64,000 bases of DNA from Terriglobia bacterium (GCA_965198225.1 CBDAOY010000005.1:96001-160000); one strand, 5' to 3'. Shown: positions 19,586 to 30,682, counted from the first letter of the stretch. Numbers and translations are program-made. Notes: generated from the letters alone by a model not told the origin.

Positions 19586-22570
19586 GTGGAGGTACAAGAC
19601 CGCGTGAGCTTGACGCATCCGATCCACAGACGATACATGGCAGAAGATCTGGTTCGTCTGCGCCGCTCGGACGATAAGCGACGCTACATCGCCTCACAGC
19701 GCGCCGGGCGCGTTGACCCGAACCCGCATCAGATTGAAGCAGTCATCTTCGCGTTGTCCCGCCTTCCCGACGGAGGGTGCATTCTGGCGGACGAGGTTGG
19801 CCTTGGAAAGACCATCGAGGCTGGCCTGCTGATTGCACAAATCCTTGCGGAGGGGGCGCGCCGTGTCCTGCTTGTGACACCGAAACCGCTGCTTGGTCAG
19901 TGGCAACAAGAGCTCTATTCTTTGTTCAACATCGACACGCGAGAGGGCGGCACAGCTCCTGGTGCCCTTGAGGGCAAGGGTGTGTTTCTCGTCGGTCGCG
20001 AGTTTGCAGGAAGCGAGCGAGGAGAACTCAGTCTAAAAAACGCGCAACGCTTCGATCTCTGCGTCGTGGACGAAGCCCACGAGGTTTTCGCTGGGATCTA
20101 TAAGCGGTTCGATCGCTGGGGCCAGTACGTTCACGATTCGCCACATGCTGTCATGGCGGGACGCTTCCGCGCCTTTCTCGTCGGTAGTGGGACGCCGGTC
20201 CTGCTTCTAACGGCCACCCCCATCCAGAACTCGCTCGTTGAACTCTGGGGTCTCGTTCAGTACGTGGATTCGACCGGCACCCTTCTCGGTGACCTCGGGA
20301 CTTTTCGCGACATCTTTTGCGACGGGGATGATCGATTGTTAGCCCCGGGCCAAGAGCACGAGCTGCGTCAGCGTATGAGTAGCGTTGTCCAGCGCACACT
20401 GCGCCGTCAAGCCCAAGACTTTATGGAACGTCCCTTTGTTGGCCGATATGCGCAGCTTTTCGAATATTCAATGAGCCCCGAGGAGAAGCAGCTCTACGAT
20501 GATGTGACCAGTTATCTCCTTGAACCTGGTATTTGCGCTTTTCGAGGCAACCAGCGGCGGTTGCTCCTCATCGGTTTCCACCGCCGTATGGCTTCATCGA
20601 AACGAGCGCTCTCGGCAAGCCTTGAAAAAGTCGCCGATCGTCTCGGTCGCATGCTTAGTGACGGTGGCGTGCCGAACAACACCGATGATGTGGTCGTCTT
20701 TCAAGAAGATCTTGAGGATGACGAGCTCGACTTCACGGACTCCGATGAAGGGGCAGCGCCGAACCAAGAGAGTGTTCGCTCCGAGTTAGAGCGCGTAGAG
20801 TCCTTCATTGCCCGTGCGAAAGCGCTCTCGACGGACAGCAAAGCGCGCGCTCTCATCCAAGCGGTCGATCTTGTCCTCCGGCGAGCGGAAGAGGGAAAAG
20901 GGAGTGGCAAGGTCGTGATCTTCACCGAGTCACTCACCACACAGGACTACCTGAGAGACCTTTTGATTGAGAGCACCTTGCTGAACGGCGAGGAGATAAC
21001 ACTCTTTCGTGGGACAAATAACTCGCCGCGCGCGGTCCAAGCGCTGGCCCGTTGGGAAGAAGAAGTCGGCGGGAAAATACCGGCTTACAATAAACCCAGC
21101 CGTGACGTTGCCATTCGGCTAGCACTCGTTCATGAGTTCGCGACACGCTCTCGTGCATTCATATCGACCGAGGCTGGCGCAAAGGGATTGAACCTTCAAT
21201 TCTGCTCGACCCTCATCAACTATGATCTTCCCTGGAACCCGCAGCGGATCGAGCAGCGCATCGGACGCTGCCATCGGTACGGCCAGGAGCAGGACGTGAC
21301 GGTTATCAACTTTCTCGCAAAGGACAACGAGGCACAACGCCTGACGTTCGAGATCCTGAGCCAGAAGCTCGATCTTTTCGGTACCGTCCTGGGCGCGAGT
21401 GACGAGGTACTTCACCGCCCTCACACGGATACACCTGAGATGTTGGTGAGTGCTCTTGGTTCGGACTTTGAGACGCGCCTCCGCCGCATCTATGAGCGTG
21501 CGAGGACGTTCGACGATATTGAAGCCGAGCTCCGACAACTCCGCGACAGCCTTGAGAACCGGCGCAAGGTGTTCGAGGAAGCCTATCGCCGTTCGGCCCA
21601 CCTCATACAGAGTCACTTGGATGAATCGGTGCAACAGGTCTTCCGCCGAATTCAAGAGGAACTGCCGAAGGAACTCGCGGAGTTCGATCGAGATCTGGAG
21701 CAAGTGCTACTGAGCTATCTTGACTCGATTGGTATTGCCTACAGGCGTGATCCTGGCGATGGTTATACGGATCTCCGAATCGCTGCTTCTGGTGAGCTTC
21801 CAGACGGTCTTCAGGAAGGCGTGACCGTCACCATCGGGTACAGGGAGAAGCCTAAGGACGCCGACCCAATCCACCTCGGTCACCCACTGATCAAGGCAGC
21901 GCTTAAGGAAGCACAGGAGGCGACCGAGAAGCTCTTTCACATAAGGGTTCGGACGCCAGAGGATGATGAAGAACTGCGAAGATTTCGAGGACACGCCGGT
22001 CGTCTTGTTCTTGCGAAGGTTTGCTACGACGGATTTGAACCCACCGAAAGGATGCTTCCGACGTTGGTGTTACGCGGTGCGCTCGAACCACTAGCACTTG
22101 GAATGGCAGCGCGCCTTCTCGAGTGTCCTATAGATGACCTCCCACCATTGACCGATTCGTGCAGTGTACCGGACGAAGTGATGGAGGACGCTTTCGATCA
22201 GCTCATCTTCGCAACCACCGACGACGTAACTCGAAAAGAGGAGCAGCGATTCGAAGGCGCGTTGACTCAACTCGAACGCTTCGTGGAAGACCGTTTGCTG
22301 TTGCTCCACCGCCAACGAGAAGCGGTCGCTAGCAAGCTTTCCTCCGCCCAGTTAGGGCTCGCGCAGGCTGTCGGATCTGAGCAGCGCACTAAGGTTGAGA
22401 GGCAGATTCATAAGCTCGGCGCTAGGTCGGAAGAACTCGAATCCAAGATTGGTTTGCTCGAAACCCGGGACGATGAAATCTACCAGCAGTTCCGTGAGCA
22501 AACACACAAGCGCCGCTACGCGTCACCACGAGTAGAGCGCTTGCTCGAGGCGGAACTGAGCATCGAATGA
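19586..22570 (+). CDS. SNF2-family helicase/translocase
   Basis: PHQ, LADEVGLGKT, DEAH, LLTATP, GLNLQ, YDLPWNPQRIEQRIGRCHRYGQ; C-terminal coiled coil. Confidence 0.9.
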   Translation: MEVQDRVSLTHPIHRRYMAEDLVRLRRSDDKRRYIASQRAGRVDPNPHQIEAVIFALSRLPDGGCILADEVGLGKTIEAGLLIAQILAEGARRVLLVTPKPLLGQWQQELYSLFNIDTREGGTAPGALEGKGVFLVGREFAGSERGELSLKNAQRFDLCVVDEAHEVFAGIYKRFDRWGQYVHDSPHAVMAGRFRAFLVGSGTPVLLLTATPIQNSLVELWGLVQYVDSTGTLLGDLGTFRDIFCDGDDRLLAPGQEHELRQRMSSVVQRTLRRQAQDFMERPFVGRYAQLFEYSMSPEEKQLYDDVTSYLLEPGICAFRGNQRRLLLIGFHRRMASSKRALSASLEKVADRLGRMLSDGGVPNNTDDVVVFQEDLEDDELDFTDSDEGAAPNQESVRSELERVESFIARAKALSTDSKARALIQAVDLVLRRAEEGKGSGKVVIFTESLTTQDYLRDLLIESTLLNGEEITLFRGTNNSPRAVQALARWEEEVGGKIPAYNKPSRDVAIRLALVHEFATRSRAFISTEAGAKGLNLQFCSTLINYDLPWNPQRIEQRIGRCHRYGQEQDVTVINFLAKDNEAQRLTFEILSQKLDLFGTVLGASDEVLHRPHTDTPEMLVSALGSDFETRLRRIYERARTFDDIEAELRQLRDSLENRRKVFEEAYRRSAHLIQSHLDESVQQVFRRIQEELPKELAEFDRDLEQVLLSYLDSIGIAYRRDPGDGYTDLRIAASGELPDGLQEGVTVTIGYREKPKDADPIHLGHPLIKAALKEAQEATEKLFHIRVRTPEDDEELRRFRGHAGRLVLAKVCYDGFEPTERMLPTLVLRGALEPLALGMAARLLECPIDDLPPLTDSCSVPDEVMEDAFDQLIFATTDDVTRKEEQRFEGALTQLERFVEDRLLLLHRQREAVASKLSSAQLGLAQAVGSEQRTKVERQIHKLGARSEELESKIGLLETRDDEIYQQFREQTHKRRYASPRVERLLEAELSIE

Positions 22571-23721
22571 CCAGGCCGGAGGACAACGACGACGTGGCCC
22601 TGAAGCTCGTACACACTGCAGATTGGCACCTCGGTCGCCGCTTTCCGAGTTTCGACGAGGCCGACCAAATCAAACTAAGCCGTGCACGACTCGACGTCAT
22701 CGACCGGATCCTCGGTGTCGCCGAGCGAACAATCGCCGATGCTGTCCTGTGTGCAGGCGATCTCTTCGACGAACCCGACCCGGGTCCCGAATGGTGGGAG
22801 CCCCTTGTTCAGAAACTGGCCAAACAGAACCCCTTGCGCCCTATCTTTCTGCTTCCCGGCAATCATGATCCGCTTGTTGCTGCGTCGGTCTACCATCGCG
22901 ACCATCCCTTCCGCCGTGCTCTCCCGAATTGGGTACACGTAGTGGACGACGACAATTTCGAGTACGAGCTCTCGCCGGATGCCGTACTATACGCCGCGCC
23001 CTGCCGCTCCCAGGCCGGTCAGAAAGATCTCGCTCTGTCCCTTCCCTCGCGCGAGGATGGTGACGGGCGGATCCGGATCGGCCTTGTCCACGGCAGCACC
23101 TTCGACATTGAAGGCTGCCAGATGAACTTCCCCATCGCGAGGGATGCAGCAGTCCGACGCAGTCTGGACTATCTCGCGATTGGGGATACTCACAGCTTTC
23201 GTGAGGTGCCGCCCGCAGTAAAGCCGCCGACAGTCTATCCTAGCGCTCCGGAGCCCACATCCTTTGGCGAACAGGACGCTGGGTATGTTGCTAGCGTGTT
23301 CATTACGCGGCGGCGCATCGCGATAGTGAAACAGGAGCGGGTGGCGTATTGGACTTGGAAGCAATCCACGTGTCGGAGTCTTTCCCAGCTACGTGGCCTT
23401 CGTGACGGGACCGATCTAAGCCGCAGCGTCCTCCGACTCAGAATCGAAATGAGTCTCTCTGCCGACGAATATGAGGAAGTGGAAGGAATCCTGCGCAAGC
23501 TGAAGGGGACTGACGCCTCGCATGGCCGAGTAGGGGTGCTTCAGCTCGACCGAAGCAAGATGGAACTTGATACCGATAACATCGAGAATGTCTTTGAGGA
23601 TGTTCCGGATGTCCTGCGCGTGGCGGTTAGACGGCTCAAGCAAATGGAAAAGGGCGCCCAAGGCGAGATCGCGAAGCAGGCGCTCATGCACATTTACCGG
23701 ACCATCCAGGATGCAGGGTAG
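22567..23721 (+). CDS. Mre11/SbcD-like metallophosphoesterase nuclease
   Basis: HTADWHLG, AGDLFD, PGNHD, VHGS, IGDTHS; ATGA overlap with SNF2. Confidence 0.9.
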   Translation: MTRPEDNDDVALKLVHTADWHLGRRFPSFDEADQIKLSRARLDVIDRILGVAERTIADAVLCAGDLFDEPDPGPEWWEPLVQKLAKQNPLRPIFLLPGNHDPLVAASVYHRDHPFRRALPNWVHVVDDDNFEYELSPDAVLYAAPCRSQAGQKDLALSLPSREDGDGRIRIGLVHGSTFDIEGCQMNFPIARDAAVRRSLDYLAIGDTHSFREVPPAVKPPTVYPSAPEPTSFGEQDAGYVASVFITRRRIAIVKQERVAYWTWKQSTCRSLSQLRGLRDGTDLSRSVLRLRIEMSLSADEYEEVEGILRKLKGTDASHGRVGVLQLDRSKMELDTDNIENVFEDVPDVLRVAVRRLKQMEKGAQGEIAKQALMHIYRTIQDAG

Positions 23722-23723
23722 TT

Positions 23724-26700
23724 ATGAGGCTCGTCAAAGTCACCATCCGGGCGTTCCAATGTATTGAGCAGGCTGAAATCGTGTTCGGTCCCGGTCTGAA
23801 CGTGCTCTACGGACCGAACGATCTTGGGAAGTCTAGCCTGGCGTCGGCGGTACGCGCCGTCCTGCTACTGCCACATGGATCGAGCGCCTATGAGAGTCTT
23901 CTATCCTGGCACTCGGGTGTTTCTCCCTGTGTCACGCTAACCTTCTCCACCGACCAGCAGCGGTTCTGGCGTGTCCGCAAGTGCTTTGGCTCAGGCCGCT
24001 CCGGCTCGTCAGCACTTGAGTTCTCGAAAGATGGCAACTCGTTTTCAGTGGACTCGACTGGCAGGCAGGTAGACGAAAAGCTTCGTGAGTTGCTCCGCTG
24101 GGGCATCCGGAAGCCCGGAGGGCTCGGCGGAAGTAGGGGCTTCCCAGACAGTTTCCTGGTGAACGTTCTATTGGCTGAGCAAGCGGACGTGCCCAGTATT
24201 CTCGGGCGAGACATCGCGCAAGATCCGGACGAGTCTGGTCGCGAGTTCCTAAACGAGGCCCTCCAAGCTTTGGCACAGGATCCGTTGTTTAAGCGCGTCC
24301 TTGACGAGGCGCAAGGCCATGTCATCCGCGCGTTTACATCGACAGGCAAGAAGAGCAGGCGTCAAGGCTCGCCATTCCAGAAAGGTGCCGAGGAGATTCG
24401 CGCGCTGGGCAGACAGCAGGATTTGCTGCAGGCGAAGCTCAACGCGACCGTTAGTGCGGAGCAACACCTACGTACTCTTGGTGCTGAGTTGGACACTCTG
24501 ATTGAAGATCTCGCCGGCGCCAAAGACAAGCTCGCCCAGGTCCAGGAATCCCACAGGCGCTGGCTGGCTCGCGCTAACGTGGAAGCGGAACTGGGTGCTG
24601 CTCGACCAGTGGTCGAAGAAATTAGGAAGGAGCTCGCCGAGGTACAGAAGCTCAGCAAACACATCGAAACCCTGGAGGTAGAACTCAAACATGGCGAGGT
24701 CGCTCTTAGCGAAAGTGTTGACCGGGAGAAGCAGGCAAGCGTCGCACGGGATGAAACAAAGGATCGCTTCCGAGCGGCAACCAGCGAGAAAGAGGCCCAG
24801 GCCCGCGAGCTCAAGAGGCACCAGCTCGAGAACGAACGACACAAGAAAAGGGACGAACGTGCCGGGATCCAGGCGGATGTGAAGGCCGCCGAGCAAGCCC
24901 AGCAGTTGGGTAAAGATGCGCGGGAAGCTCGCGAGAAGCTCAATAGCCTCCAAGAAGAACTCGCACACGCCGAAGAGAATGTTACATCACTTGCCGAGGT
25001 TTCAAAGGCCGCGATGGCCCAGGTCGACCAGCTTAGGCACGTCGAAGCATACGGCCGTCTCGTAGATGCGAGAAGAATCCTTGCCGAGGCTGAAACCGCA
25101 GAAGCATCAGCCAAAGCAGATCGAGCCGCTGCCGCCGAGCAACGAGCTGAGGCGGAAGCATTCGAAAAACAGGCAGCCGGTCTGGAGATACCCGACCACC
25201 AGGTTGTCGAGACGCTGCGTTCGCTGCGACAGCAGCTCGAGGTGGCGGAAGCACGCCTGGGTGGGGGGCTCACGGTCCATGTTCGACGCCAAGAGGACAT
25301 TGCACTGAAGGCGTCCGTTGACGGTGAACTACCTAATGAGTCTCAAGGTCGAGATCCATTCGATTTGGAGGGGCAGCGCTCCATCGATCTCCACGTGGAG
25401 AATCTCCTCGACATAACGATCACAGCTGGGGCGGCGGCGGCGCGAAAGCAGACGGAGGACCTTCGCCGACAATGGTCAGAGGAAGGTGAGCCGAGCTTGG
25501 AGCGTGCTGGTGTTGCCGACGTGGCAGCTCTGGAGGAAGCCTGGAGGAGGAAGGACGATCTGGTCCGCCGTGCTGCCGCCCGAAGAGCGGAAGCTCAGAG
25601 GCTCGAACAGAGGGCGAAGGAACTCCACGAACGGGTCCAAGGGATCGACTTAAAGAAACTACACGTCACGGAACGCGAACAGGCTCTACTAGGTCAGGAC
25701 GAAAATCAGCTCGCCTCTCTCTTTGAGGACTTTGGCGAATCATGGGAGGTAGAGTTGGAGCAGCAGCGCTCATCAGCCGAAAGAGAAAGAAAAGATTGCG
25801 CCGCTGAGCTTGAGAACGGAAGTTCCCGATGTACGGAGCTACGAACACGCCTCTTGGAACGCGAGGAGAACTACCAGCGCTCCAAGACGCAAGCAGACGC
25901 GGCCACCGGAGCTTTCTCGGACGAAGTACACAATGTGTTGGAGAGTGGACGCGGTCAGCTGGGTGAGATTGACCGTGTCATCTCCGGTCTCGCGGCACAG
26001 ATCGACAGTCTTTCGAAAGTAGCCGAGAGCCAGCAGGACGATGCGCGCCAGGCGCTGCACGCTGCGGAGTCCAAGCTAAAGGACGCGGCCAATAACCGCG
26101 AGAGTGTAGAAGCTATGCGCCGCCAGAAAGCTGAGCAACTCGCGAAGGCCACAGGAACGCTTGAGGGTTTGCAGAAGCAGATCGAGAAGCTCGATCTTGC
26201 AGCCGCAGAGAAAAAGGTCGTGGATATCGAAGGTAGGCTCGCGCAGATGCCAATGCCCGAGAGTCCAGCTACAGAGGCAGATGTTGATGAGACTCAGAAT
26301 GTAGTTGAGTTTGCAACACGTGCCGTCGAAGAGAAGCAGAGAGAGATCCATATGGCACAAGGCGGGCTCGAACAGGTTGGCGGAGGCGTCATCCGGGAAC
26401 AGAAGGAGGAGATCGATCGTGCTCTTGAAGTCGCTGTCGAACGCGAGCACGAAGTGGAAGTTGAGTACGAAGCATGGCAGTTGTTGGCCGAGACCCTTCG
26501 CGACGTCGAAAACAGCGATGGTGCGCACCTCGGCGAGGCACTTTCTGGACTACTAACGCAGCGGTTCAAGGAACTCACAACGGGCCGCTACGGAAAGCTT
26601 GCGATAGGTCCTAATCTTGAGACTGAGGGACTCGATGCTGCGGGCAAGATCCGCCACTTCGATGCTCTTTCGGTTGGGACCAAAGATCAGTTGGCGACCC

Positions 26701-26966
26701 TCTTCAGACTCTGTATAGCAGAACAGATCCAGAGCACAGTCATTCTTGATGATCACCTTAGCCAGAGCGACCCCAACAAGATCGAGTGGTTTCGAGCCCT
26801 GCTGCGCCGAACTGGTCAGAGTATCCAGGTCATTCTTCTAACGTGCCGCTCAGGCGACTACCTTCTTGACGAAGAGATCCCCGACAAGGACGAAATCGTC
26901 CGTGACAGAGCCGGCGGTCTCCTCCGGGCGGTCGATCTCGCCCGGGCTATCCGTCGTTACCCTTAG
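23724..26966 (+). CDS. Rad50/SbcC-like (YhaN-type) SMC ATPase
   Basis: Walker A GPNDLGKS, ~750-aa coiled coil, signature LSVGT, Walker B ILDD. Confidence 0.9.
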   Translation: MRLVKVTIRAFQCIEQAEIVFGPGLNVLYGPNDLGKSSLASAVRAVLLLPHGSSAYESLLSWHSGVSPCVTLTFSTDQQRFWRVRKCFGSGRSGSSALEFSKDGNSFSVDSTGRQVDEKLRELLRWGIRKPGGLGGSRGFPDSFLVNVLLAEQADVPSILGRDIAQDPDESGREFLNEALQALAQDPLFKRVLDEAQGHVIRAFTSTGKKSRRQGSPFQKGAEEIRALGRQQDLLQAKLNATVSAEQHLRTLGAELDTLIEDLAGAKDKLAQVQESHRRWLARANVEAELGAARPVVEEIRKELAEVQKLSKHIETLEVELKHGEVALSESVDREKQASVARDETKDRFRAATSEKEAQARELKRHQLENERHKKRDERAGIQADVKAAEQAQQLGKDAREAREKLNSLQEELAHAEENVTSLAEVSKAAMAQVDQLRHVEAYGRLVDARRILAEAETAEASAKADRAAAAEQRAEAEAFEKQAAGLEIPDHQVVETLRSLRQQLEVAEARLGGGLTVHVRRQEDIALKASVDGELPNESQGRDPFDLEGQRSIDLHVENLLDITITAGAAAARKQTEDLRRQWSEEGEPSLERAGVADVAALEEAWRRKDDLVRRAAARRAEAQRLEQRAKELHERVQGIDLKKLHVTEREQALLGQDENQLASLFEDFGESWEVELEQQRSSAERERKDCAAELENGSSRCTELRTRLLEREENYQRSKTQADAATGAFSDEVHNVLESGRGQLGEIDRVISGLAAQIDSLSKVAESQQDDARQALHAAESKLKDAANNRESVEAMRRQKAEQLAKATGTLEGLQKQIEKLDLAAAEKKVVDIEGRLAQMPMPESPATEADVDETQNVVEFATRAVEEKQREIHMAQGGLEQVGGGVIREQKEEIDRALEVAVEREHEVEVEYEAWQLLAETLRDVENSDGAHLGEALSGLLTQRFKELTTGRYGKLAIGPNLETEGLDAAGKIRHFDALSVGTKDQLATLFRLCIAEQIQSTVILDDHLSQSDPNKIEWFRALLRRTGQSIQVILLTCRSGDYLLDEEIPDKDEIVRDRAGGLLRAVDLARAIRRYP

Positions 26967-27185
26967 GTTCATTGAGCCAAAGAACGTAGAAGCAAGGGTA
27001 ATAGCCGCTCCCGGGAGGGCTATAGATCGAGAACGGCCCCTGTTATTCGCGCGAACTGAAAGACAACCCGTGCGCGGGCGGCATGGAGCCCAGGGTTGGG
27101 CGAGCTAGATGGGGAAACGGTATTGTGCGGCGAAGACTACCGCCGAGTGGTGCCCTTGTGTTCCCCTTCCAAGGTTCTCTAAGTC

Positions 27186-27230
27186 AATCAGCCCTGAAGG
27201 AATCGAACCTTCGACCTACTGATCAAGAGC
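27186..27230 (-). repeat. tRNA 3'-half fragment (probably Lys-CTT), att-like scar 1
   Basis: Minus strand ctcttgatcagtaggtcgaagGTTCGATTCcttcagggctga covers anticodon loop, T-arm and acceptor 3' strand. Confidence 0.7.
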
Positions 27231-27302
27231 CTTTCGCCAGAGCGGCATTTCCCGTAACCTTCCCCCCCTCCCCCAGTATTACTTCCATATGGAGGGATCC
27301 CC

Positions 27303-28018
27303 ATGCAACCACTCACCCAGGACCTCAAATACGCCACCCTCACCCGAACCCCGGCCTTCACGCTTTCGGTCATCCTCGTCCTCGCCCTCGGCATCGGCGC
27401 CACCACGGCCATCTTCTCCCTGGTCGACGCGACGTTGCTGCGCCCCTTGCCCTATGCCGAGGCCGACCGGTTGATGATGATCTGGGAGGAGGCGTCCGCG
27501 ATCGGGTTTCTGCGGAACACGCCGGCGCCGGCGAACTATTTCGACCGGAAGGCCGACTTCCGGGCGTTTGAGGACATGGCGGCCACCAACAACGAGCCCC
27601 GGAACCTGACGGGGGACGGGGAGCCGCTGGCCCTGGACGGGATCCGCGCGACGGCCAACCTCAGTGGCCGGCGACGGGGGTATCGCGGGTAGCGTTCCGC
27701 CTCAACCCGAAGGGCCGATGGGGATTGCCGTCGAGTCCTTGTCGCCGGTCGGTCCTGATGAACGCTGGCTCCCGCCCCACTGCCCGATCTTGCCGGGCAA
27801 TCCCCATCGGCGATGCTCGCGATACTCCCGTTGCCGGTCACTTACCGCGGTGCTCGGGATCGAACCTCTGCTGGGCCGTTTCTTTACCGACGACGAAGAT
27901 CAGCCCAGCGGGCCGCGGGTCGCCGTCATCAGTCATGGGCTGCGGCAGCGGCGGTTCGGTGGGGATCCGGCCGTCATCGGGCGCGATATCCGTCTGGGAT
28001 GATGCGCCCCACACCGTC
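27303..28018 (+). pseudogene. ADOP/MacB-like permease, 5' part only
   Basis: Near-identical to the start of 35708-38134; interrupted at 27664 and truncated at ~28018. Confidence 0.85.
27664..27841. mobile_element. 178-bp MITE-like hairpin element
   Basis: Absent from the intact paralog; ~30-bp imperfect terminal IRs, internal perfect 16-bp IR, flanked by TCA/TTA. Confidence 0.75.
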
Positions 28019-28547
28019 AATCGAGAGGGGTTTCTCTTTCTACACCCTGGTCTTGACAGCCTTCTTCGAGGACGACTGGCAAACGATGGCGAACATGCTT
28101 CCCGATTCGCTGCTCCTCCAATGATCGCTGCGGGTACCTCCCGCGTATCCGGTTGGCGACACGTCCTAGGGAAAAGCCTCCCCGGGACACTCAACGGGTC
28201 ATCAGTCTTTGGACCGTCGTCTTGCTGCTATCTCGATGAGTAGCGAGGGGTTCCCGGGCCCGATTCTTGCACCATCTAATTGCCGGACAAAGAACCACAT
28301 AATGCCGAACACGGCGACATGTTCGCGAAGGTCGCGGACACATCCTCCAAAAGCCCGGTTGATCGCCCCAGGGATAGAACGCGCGTCCCACAGCGTGACT
28401 TCAGCGAAGCAACTGTGCGCCCGGCACCGAAGACGAAAGTGCGGGGGCGATCACCTCACGAGGGGCGATCCGGTCGATAGGGGACCCTGATTCGGTCTTC
28501 GGTCGGGTTATTGACTGGTGGAATTTCGTGTTCATTTATCGGGTGGC

Positions 28548-29862
28548 AGTAGTGTCCGACACGTTTCAGAATAGATTCAATTGGTTAGCGTTAGAGTGTC
28601 GATTTGAGATGAGCCCGGATTCGGTAAGCAGCTGAAAAAGAGGCACATTCTCAAATGGTGTGACACTCAAGATCTGTAACATTGAGTGCAACGACAAAGG
28701 CAAATTCAGTTCTTTACGCACGATAGCCACCAGCACGTAAACGCTCACGGCGACCCAGACCTGAGTTTTGACGGCGTTCTCGGAAGTGCCGAAGAAACGC
28801 TTGATGCGCAGGTGCTGTTTGATCCATTTGAAGAACAGCTCCACCTGCCAGCGCAGGCGATACAACTCGCAGATGGTCCGGGCTGGGAGCGTCATGTGAT
28901 TGGTCAAGAAAACCAGTCGCCGACCCTCGGGATCGCGATAACGAATGCGACGCAACCGTTCGGGGTAGCCGCGGCGGGAGCGAAATACGGTCAGTTCGAT
29001 AGTCTGATCGCAGATGAGGCCCGTGTGTCGGTCGACGGGTTGGGAGTAGATGCGCTTGAACGCGAAGTCGGATCGAGCACGGGTGACGAAGAAGCTCCCG
29101 GCTTGATTGAAGGTGTAGAGGCGATCGAAGTCGAGATAGCGCGGTCCATCACGTAGAAAGCACCGGCTTCGGCGATGAGCAGGTCGAGAACGTTGACGTC
29201 GTGCAGCCTGCCTTCGGAGATGTGGATGAAGCTGGGGATACCGCCACGCAGGTCGAGCAGCGTATGAAGCTTCACCGCGGCTTCGGTCTTTCGAAAGTGC
29301 GCCCAAGGGAACAGCGACAAGCACAGACTGATCATCGTGGAGTCGAGCGCGTAGACGGTTTCGTCCAGGTCGATCCCGAGCGGCTCGTGGGCATACAAGC
29401 GGCGTGCGATGCGGATCAGCGCCTGAGCGAACTCTCCGTAGATGCGCCAGTCGCGAGACTCGTTGGCATCGGCCAATGCACTGCGGCTGACCTTCCCGTG
29501 CAACCCCAGGTGGTAGAGCTTGGCGGGTTGGGCTCGCAAGCAGGCTTGAATGTCGCGCAGGCTCTCCCGATAGGTCAGCTGAGCGAAGGCCATGCATAGG
29601 AACTGGTCCAGGCAACTGAATGTGCGGACGTTGAAATTGCCGCGGTACTTGGTCACCAGACGACGGAACGTATACCACGGCGCGAACTCCATGACTTGTG
29701 CGAAGACCAGCTTGCCAGCGTGCATCGGTGCCTCCCAGAAACCTCTGGAAAGGCTGCCGCGAAGGCCGCACAGAAATCAAATCGTTAACACCTTGACAAG
29801 CGCGCTACATCGCGTCAGTTCTAACTTTAGGACCGGGAGGTCCTAAATCTGTCGGACACTAC
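28548..29862 (-). mobile_element. IS4-family element (DUF4372 + DDE transposase at 28566-29725, frameshift ~29140)
   Basis: IRs gtagtgtccgaca/tgtcggacactac; target duplication atcgggtggc at 28538 and 29863; YRLRWQVELFFKWIKQ. Confidence 0.9.
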
Positions 29863-29926
29863 ATCGGGTGGCTTCGTACAATGCGCGCAACTTGTTTCGC
29901 GTACATTCAATGATTAGGAGAACCCC

Positions 29927-30682
29927 ATGAAACGGTTTCTTATTGTGTCTAGCCTTGCACTGGTACTTCTTTTCTCTTTCGGGTGTGCACCTGGCGAAGA
30001 GGATGCTCCTCCCATGCCGGAGGTGATGCTTGATGCGGTTGAGGCCGATCCTGATCACTATCCCGCCGAGTTCGAAAACGATGTCATTCAGGTGATCCGT
30101 ATCGGATACGGCCCGGGCGAGCAGTCGGTCATGCATTCGCATCCGGCCAATTGTACGGTCGCGTTGACCGACACGATGTTCACGATGACGCCCCAATCAG
30201 GGGAGCCCACAACAAATGAGGGCACGGCGGGAAACGTCGGCTGTGACGACGCCGTGGTTCACCTTCCCGAAAACGTCGGGGGCGCGGACGCGGAGATCGT
30301 GATGATTGCGCTCAAAGGTCGCGAGACGTTCGATTCGGACTCGGCCGGGCCGGCAGTGACCGGTTTTTCGGATATGCCGGACGCCGTGACGGCCGACCCG
30401 GAACATTACACGGTGGAGTTTGAGAACGACCTTCTCCGCGTGCTCCGTATCCGGTACGGTGCTGGTGAGGCCTCCGTCATGCATGCGCATCCGGCCGGAT
30501 GTGCAGTGTCTCTCACAGAACAGAGCGTACAGTTCACCCTCCCTGACGGAACGGTAGAGGAACCGGTCGATCAGCCAGGAGGCGTGACGTGCAATAACGC
30601 CTCGGTGCACCTGCCGGAGAATACGGGGGACACGCCATTTGAACTTATCTTTGTGGAACTGAAAAACCGCGAGACGTTTTAA
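29927..30682 (+). CDS. Probable lipoprotein with two tandem cupin domains
   Basis: Signal peptide ending FSFG-C; duplicated DAV.ADP.HY..EFEND...MH.HP...VHLPEN.G unit. Confidence 0.75.
   Translation: MKRFLIVSSLALVLLFSFGCAPGEEDAPPMPEVMLDAVEADPDHYPAEFENDVIQVIRIGYGPGEQSVMHSHPANCTVALTDTMFTMTPQSGEPTTNEGTAGNVGCDDAVVHLPENVGGADAEIVMIALKGRETFDSDSAGPAVTGFSDMPDAVTADPEHYTVEFENDLLRVLRIRYGAGEASVMHAHPAGCAVSLTEQSVQFTLPDGTVEEPVDQPGGVTCNNASVHLPENTGDTPFELIFVELKNRETF

Noticed and set aside
19586-22570. SNF2 as the missing brxHII of BREX-3
   Set aside because: Opposite strand, upstream of brxF and coupled to SbcD/SbcC rather than pglZ; not excluded functionally but unsupported.
27755-27800. CTGATGA in the MITE as a hammerhead ribozyme core
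   Set aside because: No stem II followed by GAAA is present.
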